From: Styela clava
Lineage: Eukaryota
Length of the DNA stretch: 64,000 nt
Assembly: GCF_964204865.1 (NCBI RefSeq)
Contig: NC_135260.1
Span: forward strand, 15,190,001-15,254,000
Reading direction: 5' to 3'
The position numbers and the translations under genes are program-made. The number at the start of each line of letters is the position of its first letter. Position 1 is the stretch's first letter. Below, piece by piece: positions 27,601 through 39,600 of this stretch. A model generated the notes under the pieces. That model was not told where the DNA came from. It did no database searches and saw only the letters and a list, made by a program, of their open reading frames with translations.

Positions 27601-30600
27601 CGAAAATGGTTTTTGACTTTAGTCGAGTCTTGTATACTCGCAACTTCAGCGCTGTATATTTTTTTGTGCATGTTTACGCCCAAAAACGAAACAACGAATA
27701 TTTTTAAAACGAATATTTCTGAGCAAACATATACCTTGTCGCAATGTTATGTTGCTTCATTTTAAGTTACCTCATGATATAACATACACAATTATTCTGA
27801 AGGTTTATGGCGTCAACGGTACTGACGGACGACCAGGTATGCCTGGATTACCAGGACCTAAAGGCGCAAAGGTAAATGGAATTTTCAATGCACTAATAAA
27901 TTCAAGATACCGGTATATACTTTGAAAAAAACTTATTTTTTTATATGTTTATATTTTCAGGGCGAAACAGGTACTCAGGGATTCGATGGTGCTAAAGGTG
28001 ATAGAGGAGACAGAGGACTACCGGTATATTTTTGTATTTTCTTTTTTTCTACATTGCAAAATTTTGGTAGCTCACTTAGGTTTATGTGCTATATGGAATT
28101 AGCTACTGCATAACAATGGGCGACTTTGCTGCCATCAGTAATTGTGACTGGACAGTACCTTAAACACGTTTCCGGCCATATTCATTCTGACAACCTTGAA
28201 CTTCCTTTATTCATAAAGTCAATTTAGATTGACATATGTATATATTTTATTTAACAAATTGAAGTTCTTAAAAGAAATATTGGACATTTTGTTTATCATT
28301 TCTATTCTACTGTGTCAAGAGATAAGCAATTAATATTATTCAATTAAAAAAAAGTCCCAAGCAAGCAAATTATCCAGTATTAATTAATTCAAGAGGTATC
28401 GATTTTATATATTTCAAATTTCTTTTTTTTCGAATCTTTTTAACCATTTTTAACATATATACACAGGGTCCATTCGGAAGAGCTGTAAGTAATGTTTTAT
28501 GTTTTAATATATATTTATCTTTACCTCCGCTACATTTCTTCTTTGTCCTATATGGCTTAGTCATAACTAGAATTCCCAAGTTGGCCCTCAAGATCACGCA
28601 TGCCTTGCCGGCTGAAATTACAATTTAGTTGAAATGTTTTTTTGCAAAGGAACGGAGAGGACTCCTACCAAGACCTATAGATCAAGCTTTACCAACTTGG
28701 GTCTGTAATTGGAATTGTAATTTGAAAAAAAAAATATGAAATATAAATTTGGATTTACCCATTTTTGCGGTGTGAAGTAGCGTGTAGGGAAAGGCGTTCA
28801 AATTGTTGCTGTATTGTAGACATTGCTGAGTACACTCGGCGGTTTAAACTAGTTTCGTTCTGTAACGTTGTCAAATATTGGCCATTGATAGTGATAAGCC
28901 GACTGCCGTCTTGTGTCCTGTCATGGCTCAAAATTCCGCCATCTTAGGTTCAATTGTGACTTTTGTGAAACTATTATTTAAATGTCCATCATATACGAAA
29001 GAGGTAAAATTAGATATTCCATTTGTTTCATTATCATTGGCCAAAATTTGATAACTATATTTTATCCAACATGTTGAAGCTTTCTTATATAATCTGATAT
29101 ATTTTAATTATGACTAATTAATAATTATTGCATTAATAATTAATTATTTTTAAACTTGGTATATATGAAACATATATATGTATTAATTAACACACAGACA
29201 CAAAGCTTATTTACGAGCGGCTCAACATTTGGCCGAGGCGGTCATTTTTCGACAGTGGTCAGTTAAATGAAATGATTGTTTTTGTTGTTATGGACATGAT
29301 TATGGAATGATTTTTCGTTTGTTTTGATGCCTTGAAGTCGCTGTGGCCCGTTTTTGATCAATTTCAAATAAGAATGCCCGTAGATGTTGTATGGCATGCC
29401 CGCTCGCGTTTGTAAAAGAGTTTGGATTTTTGTCGGACTCAGCTCGTCATATCTAAATATAAATTTGAAAAAAAATCAACTTGGTTTCCCCGTAATTAAT
29501 TTGTAATGATGTGAATATCCATGTACACAAAAAGTTACTTTGGCGAATTCTTCTTCCATCACCCAAATGGTTATCGAAATATAAATTCGTGCTGAGAATC
29601 ATATAATCTGCTCCGACTGTCTTACCATACTGCCAATTCGACGATGCTGAGCCGATGTTTGCTGCTCGATCATTGTAGTATGTCATACCACCGGCTTTCT
29701 GGAGCCTGGACATTGTACTATGCGCTTATATATCCGTCAGAGTTCATATATATATACAGGGTTGTAATAAAGTTCTGTAATAAATTACGTAAAAGAACTG
29801 TGATATTAATGTGCCTCATTCAACTTATATATATTCGGAATATATTTAAATAAGAAAAAAAAACTTGATTAAACACTGATTATAATAAAACAAACCTTGC
29901 ATAGATATATGAAAAACTGACTTGTAACAGAACTTTATGAACACCATGTATATTTAGCCCCCTAAGTAAAATGAATGAGTAAATAAAAACTGGTTAACAA
30001 ATTCATATTCAACGTAGCTTACATTATACATAAAACAGATATCCGTCATTTCGTCTGCGCATTTTTGTATTGTTATAGGCCTGGCATGTCAATAAAATTG
30101 CTTATCTGTGCATGCAAAACTAAGATATTTGTATTTTTTAGTCAAGTTTTAATATAATATAAGTTAATAAAAGAATTTTCACATGAATTAAAAAACCCAA
30201 CTATAAATAAATTGTATTTAAAGATATATATCAAATTAGAAATTTTATAAATTTTTCTTCTAATTTCAATTGGATTAAATGGTTTGGGATTTGATAGTTT
30301 TTGGTTTTATTTAAAAATTGAGTAAATCAAAAATTATACCACTTTGAACTTCAACAAAAATTATGGGTAAATAAATAATAATAACAGGGTAAAGACGGCC
30401 TACCCGGTACATCGGTAGATGTTTCCACAATTGTTTCTAGACAGGTACGCACATATATACTTTTATACCGCACATGCACATTCACATAGTCACTTTATTT
30501 GCCTGGTCAGAAAATAAATATAAAAAATGTGTATGATTCATGTATGCCCCATGTATAAATCATACTCGAAAACGCCTATTTTTTGATCAGGCATTTTATC

Positions 30601-33600
30601 TCATTTATATTCTAACATGTCACTCTCTCTTCGTGATAAAACATTGCACAAATAAATAAAAATAAACGTTTCATTTTAACCCGCAATTTTACTCATTTTG
30701 CACACTTCCTTCTAAAATCAATTCATTAATAAAAGTCTCATTATAATTAACAATCATTTCAAAGTTACTTTCGTATTTTCATTCCGGCTATCGAATGGAT
30801 CATTCGATTTTTTAGAAGTCCATAAAAAAATACTAAAAATATACCAAATTTTATCTTCTCATAATGCTGTCTTATTATTTTATAACAAACACTATATCAT
30901 TCTATCATCTGCCTGTGACATGGCTATAAGCGATGGGGCAGTATGTTCAATAAATGACACAATAATGATAATTCATGACATCATAAACTTACTATAATTC
31001 GGCCAGTTTTCAAGTTTCTTTCAAGAAGTTAATTTTACGGCTTTTTTAATCGGCAATTTTATGTCGTTTTGTAACAACAACAAACACGATGCATAAACAA
31101 TTTATCGTAGGGCCTACATGTTTTTCCAATTTCTACAAAATGTTTAACCCCCATGTATTGAGATTGGGAATATACCACTGGCATTCATCACTACTTTTCA
31201 CTACTAACACTTCAACATATCAATATATATTTGTCATATTCAATACTGTACTTGCAATAGGAATTTTTTTGCTGAATATTCCAAAGTCACATACTATTGT
31301 TTACTTATTTCTGATGGCAGATAAGTTTTAAGATAAGATAAATATAACTTGATCTAATATCTAGGGAATGTTTTGAGTAGTATACCAATACTGGAAATCC
31401 AGTACTTGTAGCATTTCCGTGCTGGATATGTGTAGTTGAATACCAAGCATGTGAAAATAATTGATTTCTCTTGTATTTCTGTACTTTTTGTATTGAGATA
31501 TAGGCATGTTAAGTGCTGATGCTGTTTAATTGTTTCACAAGAAATGCACAAAGTATTGAACTATCTGGGGTTTCAACTATGATAGAATTGACTTCCCCTA
31601 GAATGGGCTTTAAATTTATAAATTCAGGGATCCAAAATAGTTTTCGAACTCTGAAATAAGTGGTAAATAAATTTTCTGTATTTTAGTAAAAGATATCAAT
31701 AAATTCATGGATTCTGTATTTCCGAGGATCATACATTATTTCTTTGCTTTTGGGAATCGCTTTTTGTCATACATATTGACGTTTGAAAAGTATTCAATCA
31801 TTATGATAATCAAAATTTGCATTCAAAATGAAAGACATTAGAATAATACAAATTGTTGTGAGATTTTATAATACCAACCATCTAAACATCGACATAATTG
31901 ATTCATTTACTTTGTGCATTTCTTGAATCTCAAAAAGTATGGATTTGATACCAATACTTTGATGATACGTCAAGCGCTTTTTTATAGTAGAATTCTAGTG
32001 TTATTTCTAGTAACTAACTGTCGCTTTTTCTATTTTTGCTCTTTTTGTGCGTAATGCGTGTTAATCTGCCTCGATCGTACTGTACTACTTTAACTACTGC
32101 ACGTAACGCTGGTCTGATTGCTTCTTGATGCATTGTGATTGTAGGAGATGCAAGAAGCGATTAAGGTACGTTAATCGAATTATTTTCGTATTACCCGTGG
32201 TGTAAGCATGTTCCGATTATGAATTATAAATTCTTACCAATCTCTATTGTTCATGCAAGGCCAATGAATATATAAATATGTTTGGCTTATTCACGACCAG
32301 GTAGGAACTGAAATGTACCGCGCTGTTGCTAAAATTTTCGCTTGTTGGGTCGTGTGAAAATTCCACTGCAATAAAAAAATGGTTGAATTTAATTTGTTTA
32401 CCACACCAATGGAATGCATCATCCGAAAAAATTCAAGAAAATGTATTTTGTTTTCTGTGCAGCGTGTTTTGTAGCTAATTAATAAATAAACTTTAACTTA
32501 TACAGAACAGAGTTGGAGCCACTGGACCACCTGGCCCTCCAGGCCCCCCAGGTTTATCAATGATTGGACAAAAGGTATAGCTCTATTTTCTATATATATG
32601 ACCAATTTTAGTCATTTGGGTTTCGTTCGCAGTTTATGGGATTAAGTCTCAATTTGTTAATTTTGACAGATTTGCGTGTTTTTACCCGTCAAATTTCACA
32701 CAATTTTTGAAATTATGATCAATCATTTTGTTGGTTTTATGTGACCTTGACTTTACCAGAAATTAAAATGAAATTTTAATTCATTTAATTTAATTTTCTA
32801 GTCTAATGCACAATATAATAGGTTTTTATTCTCGATATTTGATATTTATAATCGCATTTGACCAATTTTTCCCTTTTGTTTTCAGTAATAGTTTTTATCA
32901 ATTTAATAAATGTTTTTGCTTGTTTTATCAGGGAGAACCAGGCCAACAGGGAATTAAAGGCGAACAGGTGAGAAAATTATTCTATATGTAACATAGACGA
33001 AACGGAAAATCATACAAGAAAGATTTCGGTCATGAAATTATAGCTGTTTTCATATAAATGGGGAGCGAAACGCCCTATTAATATAGCCTCCATTATCATG
33101 TCAACTTTATAGGAACGTTATGTCTTAATAATAATAAAAATAATCATTTCTTACATCCTTTTGTTCAAGGGCGAGAATGGTAAAGATGGTGAACATGGAA
33201 TAGGTATCAAAGGAGAGGCCGGTGAAAAGGTATGTTATCTCATTTCAAAATTGTGAATGAAGCTATAAATAAGCTACAGAAGATGTAAATTCTCTTCTGT
33301 ATAAATAGATAAATCATTCCATCGTTACTTAACCTTTTTCAGGGAGAAATCGGTGGAAGCGGATTGGATGGCATCCCTGGAATAAATGGCGACAAAGGCG
33401 AAAAGGTACATTCATTTCATCTTAATATTTTGCCATTTGCTCGTGATGCCCTTGAGAAAAACTGTTTGTTTTATTTTATCTCGTATCCAACTTATGTAAT
33501 CATGTTTTATGAATAAACTTTCAAGTCCTAGTATTTTAGTAATTGGTAATCAATAATCATCGTTTGTCCGTTTTATCACAAGAGACTACCATTGATGTTT

Positions 33601-36600
33601 ATTGCTTACAATAGTTTTACTTTGTAAATTAATGTAACATTGATATGTTTTTTTCTACAGGGACAAGAAGGCGTTGCTGTAAGTTCAATTATATATAATG
33701 TTTTGTATGTCAATGTCAGTACTCTAAATAGGTTGTAGATGTGGTAGTGTTTAAATGTAATATTTCGAATAGAAATGCAACACCGTTCATACTGTGGATT
33801 ATTCATAAGTAAATCTTTGTATCTTTGTATCGGCTACAAGTTGTGATATGAGAAATTCTTCCAGTTTCATTTGAATAGGCAGTGAGAACACATAACAATT
33901 TTCATTAATTCAAATTTTCAGGGCCGTGACGGACTTAAAGGTGAGCCAGGTGAAATGGGACCTTCCGGACCAGTTGGAAATGTGGTAAGCTCTCTTTCTT
34001 TCTTATTAAAACTAAATTTGTATTATACATTTCTGCAAGCACCACTGATGTCAGTTTTAATACAATATTGCCTTTAAAAGACAGGGTGACTACTTAAATT
34101 ATGTTTCGAAAACCAATAAAAGTTTTCCAAATTCCTCAATCTATACGGTACTTTGTTGGTCTCAACGACTAGTTGGTCTTAACCATATTTCAGTCGATTT
34201 TTATGTTCTCTCGTTTACTTTCTTTGTCTCTCTCGTTTTGCTTTCCCCTTTTTTCTTTTCTTCTCTTCTAACTCTATCTCTCAAACAGGGACGAACGGGC
34301 AGACCAGGAATAAACGGAAAGGTGCGATTTTCTTCATGCCTTCTACATCTACCTATCATTTTCATTTATCTCATTTTCTATCTTTGAAATCTCATTACAT
34401 ATCTTCAATGATAAAGCACACTATTATTTGATACTTAATCTTGTTTTTGTCGGTAAAAGTAAAAATTACCTTGTCTTCATATATCAGTCTTAATATGCAT
34501 TTTCATTTATGGCTAGTTTATGATATTCTCAATTTTATTATTTTTATTTAAAATTTGATGTATTTATCACATATTTTAATTAATCCTTAATGATCTAATC
34601 GTACAGAACTGCTCATGTTCGTCAGACTACCGTGGATCGAGAACAAACATATTTGTAGGTTTCTGTTGTAATTGGTTGTCATGCATGACTGCATTTTATG
34701 TGCGTTCATGCGTGTCACACACACAAAGCTGAATTTGGATACCAATTCAGTAGCCTAACAAACTGTAGTTTATTTTAAAAACGGTGAATAACAATATAAC
34801 ATATAGGGATCTCTTTCTAGAGACTGAAATAGACGATATGTTGAACGGTAAATAAAAATTTCGTTATTTTTCCGAGGTGACAAAAATTCTAACGAAAAAC
34901 AAATCATTGATCAAGTTTTAAAAAGAAAGTTTGTGATTTTGCAGCATCAAGTTTTTATGCATGGTCTACTCCGATTTGAGGAAGGCTAAAACCTACTATT
35001 ATAAAAATAAAAGAAAAATGCCATAATATTTTACTGCGGTACAATTCTATTTGACGTTTTGTCGTACTCAACATCTTACATTACAGTTTTGGCATTGTAT
35101 GTCTGGTTGCGTTCAGTTTTGTCCAGATTTTATAATGCACGTTTTTTTTATACGCGGATAGGTAAATATTTTACCATACTAACATTTGAGGCGTCTGGAT
35201 ACCCAGCTATACTTAATATTGAATTATAGGTAGAAAATATCGAATAATGTTCTTCATTTTTTGGGGATGACTAAGAATCCATTTCCAATGTATCGCTTGC
35301 AATTTTGACTGTTTGGATTGCCAGCGGTCACAAATAACATGTTGAGTTTAGTGCCACCCTAATATATCTTGGTTTTACTGTTAATCCCAAGATGATGTTG
35401 CACATTGTTCGAAAGGCTCTAGTCCTGGCATGGCAAAATACGACCGGTTAGGTAATTCAATCTGGCCTATCTGATGCTGCCACAACCAAACCCAAACCAA
35501 ATTTTGATGTTTCAACTAAAAAATAGCTCAAGGAATTTGTTGAGCTTGCGATTGAATTTAGTTTTGGCACGAGGCTTATTGTTTATTGTTTTCAACTCTT
35601 GCTTTTGTAACACTGTAAATATTGTACATGAAATGTAAATTTTCACGTCACACCTATATGACCCACCAGTGTATGTGGACAAGATCTTCGGCCCCTGGTC
35701 CAAAAACCTTGCCCACTCCTGCCTAGTCACTCGAGTCACTATATATCGAAGACTCGTACTCCACTTACTGCCTGTTTGATTTAGCCAGTGGCTTGATTTA
35801 GCCCAGATTGGCTTTAGTCTGACTCGACTCGAGACTCGCATGACTCGTGACGAACACTGTAATATAGGACTAGAACCATCAAGAAGATGACATATACGTG
35901 ACTGCATAAAACTGTAAAACATTATTTTGTGGCATGTTGCGCCGAATAAATTCTGTGTGTAAAAAGTTGTCATCCGGATTTTCTTCTTCAGCATGTTGTT
36001 TGTCATTTTGTGAATTGCGCATTGCATACAGGGTTTATCTTTTGAACAGAATCTGATTATTTTTTCTGTTTGATTTACAGATCCCCGGACCACCAGGCCC
36101 GCGAGGTACACCAGGTTTATTGGTAAGTGTGTGTTCTGTAATATATACTCACCCTGACCCATTTTTCATGGGACTCATTGTGGATCAAAAACAACTCGAA
36201 AAACATTTTTACAGACACCAAAATCGTCGCATCGGGACTAAATTGTGCATACTGTATTGCCTTGGCTCTGTTTGTTGGCTTGTATAGAAGGTTTTCTTCA
36301 ACCATATGGTAACTACCATATTCGTTAATCGATATTTTCTGCTTATTCAGGGTCCACCTGGACGTGATGGTACTGGAAGACCAGGACCGACTGGTCCCCG
36401 TGGAGAAAAGGGAGACATGGGATCAATGGGACTCCCGGTAAGAAAATGATTTATATTTTTATCTAATCGCCTTCTCAAACTTGTATAAGAGGTTTGTAGT
36501 AGTGATTGAAATAGTAGAAAATACTTTAGGCTGCAATATTATATTTTTATATAAAAATTAATATTGCTATTAGTTATGTCCCTTGATAATACATTTAGAG

Positions 36601-39600
36601 ATTATCAAGTTTTTCTTCTGCGATTGAATCTTAGCTTTCGTTTTCTATTGATGAATTAAACGTAGCATGTAGTCTAGATTCTAAAAGACTCTAGATTGTT
36701 TCAATATTAGGCCATACTTATACTCATCTTCTATTTAAGTAAAATTAGGTAACACCTTGTGCTATTTACTACAGCCTTTTGTATGTGAATTACTGTATAA
36801 ATAATATGTAGTCGGGATTGAGGGTTTTTGCTTAGTTATAGTTATAAATGCTTAGTCATAACAGTGATTGCTTACTTGGCTAATGCTTCCGGCACCTTAT
36901 CATATTTCTGTTTTCACGATTAAAAATTGTTGCTTAATTTTTGCCAACCTCGACTCTTCACGACATAACGCTTTGATGTGCTATAATACATAGGGAACTG
37001 GCCAACGCAAATCTTGATGATCAAACTATTTTTAAAAATATGAAAGTTTCTGCTGTCTAAACCCTACGATTTTAAGCAATTAAGTACTCTGTAATTTCTT
37101 AAATATAAATCCACACATTTTCTTACTGTATTATTGCGTGCCTCTTTTATAATATTATTCCGATAAGACCCCTGTAATCAGTTCACTATAAATTGTGATG
37201 ATTATATATTGGCCCACAGATCTCTGAAATTTAAAAGTAGAAAAATTGCCCTTAATCGAAAATATTCAGTAATTAATTCAACCCCTTTTTTCCTTACATT
37301 TCATGTCATTCCTTCATTCATTATCATATTTTGTCCATTCCTGATTTAAAATTAGGGCCCAAGCGGTTTAGATGGCTTCCCAGGAGAACCCGGTCTACAT
37401 GGCTTGCCCGGCGAAAAGGTAGAAAAAACGGAATTTTGGGGGTTTCGAGTGAAAATTAAATAATACTTTTGTTTGATTTATGGCATTTACACATTTTTTG
37501 AATTTAGAGTGGAAATTTTTTTGTGCACTTAATAGTAATTTTTTTTACTAAAAATCCATCTGTTCTAAACTTCGTCTCTCTCAAACTTTCGGTGTCTGCC
37601 ACATTTCTCAATAATTTACCATTTTATCAGTAATTGGATTTGAATATTATAATACAATTTGTAATTTGTTTTGTTTGAAAACCATGTTAGGATGATGGTT
37701 TAAGTCTCCAAGAATTAAATTTTTTATCAATATTCAGGTGGTGATAGGTTTATTACACAGTTGGTGAGGGAGTCGGCATGAAGTTAGTCGCAAATTTTAC
37801 CCTGCGATGACATCATAGTCAGGTCATACGCTTTAGTCTAGATTACCGCACCGCGTCCACCGATATTGTTCAACTAATCAAATTTGTAAAAATTTTCAAT
37901 TCAATAAAGTTTCATGGATATGTATTATACCATGATCGCCTTAATAGCTGTTATTATTTCGTAAACGGACAACACGTCAGTCATTCGTTGCTAACAATTT
38001 TTTGCTTTGTGTAATGGTCTTCGCTATCGAATTGTGTAATTTTTTAAAATATCAGCCCAAACTTCAGTTGGATGCATATTCGGACTTTATTTGAAAACCG
38101 CAAACGAAATCTGGTTGTTTAGTGGGCCGTTTTAGTCTTTTTTGGGTATCCTGAAAATCGAATGTCCCCTTATTACACTATGTTACCATTTATAACAAGA
38201 ATCTGATATCTACTCATCTTAACACATTTTGCATGCTTGATAAATAATTAGATGTAATATTGCTTGGTTTGCTGTGAGTTTGGTGGTGTTGTTGGGTAGC
38301 ATACCTCATCAAGAAAAAAATCAAGAAACTTTGAAATTAATCTATCTATAGAATTGAAAATTGCAAAATACAAATATTAACCAAATCGAAGTAAGATTAA
38401 CTTTCAAGTTCCTTTTACGAAAGTATATATAAACTGACTTTTGCTGTACAATATAGATAAAAGAATGTTGAGTAAGCCCAGCCTGGGCATTCCCATATAA
38501 TTAAAGCCACTATATCTTGCAAACTGACGTGATAAAAACTTACTTTCACATGAATAATTGTGCATGGCATGTAGGTCCATCGTTTATTATTCAATATATT
38601 CATCCCATTTATAACATATAATAATACTTTTCAACTTTTGATTTCTTCGTTACAAAACACACCATGCCTCGATATCCAATCAACTAAAGTTAGTTCAAAT
38701 TGCCTTGTTCATTTTGACGCATTCAAATTTTCAAATGTTTTTCACATCATCCCCATGCCTCTCATGAATCATTGCTTGTAATTTGTTGCTGCTGTTTTTT
38801 AACATTGCTTCAATAATTCTTGCTTATCAGGGTGACAAGGGCGAACAAGGACCTTTGGTAAGTCAACCATTATTTTTTTTATTTTCTATTTTAGAACAAC
38901 TGGCAGATCTTTGTATTTATGATGAATTATCGCACTGTAGTTTTCACCAAAACCTATGTAATTTTTCGATTTTCACATGATAATTTTTCAGACTTGAAAC
39001 CCCCTTTGGTTCGTTTATCTCTGATTGATTCCAATAACAATTTCGTTTAGAACAGTATTCATTAATTTATCCCTGGGGTAGATATCTTTGTTTTTAGGGT
39101 TACCGTAAATAAATTTAAATAAAGTAAAAACAATAAAAAGTCAAATCTACAGCATAAAACCGGCGTGACGTTGACTTGCGTATTATCCACTCGCGTACTT
39201 GCGTATTATCCACTCCCCCAGACATTGAACAGCTAGTTGCGATAAACAATGGCACCCATCACATTAAATGAATATGGTTAAGTATTTAGCCAATAATTAT
39301 AGTAACCAGCTTTTTGAGAAGGGCTTTGAAAAGGGCCTTGGAAAGTTAAAATAAGATTCAGGGCCATTGCTTTAGAACAATGAAAGCGAAATACGGGAGT
39401 TGTAATGTGAAATGTATTTTACATATTTTTATGCCCTTTCTCCCGTTTTTGTTAAGTTTTCAAGTTGATTTTGAAATATTACCTGAGATTTTCCTCGGTA
39501 TTTTCCACGCGTTTCCTCACTCTCATTACTAAATCATGCTCTTGCTGCAATATACTATTACACAACACAGTCTACCAAAAAATAGCGATGAGCCAGTACG

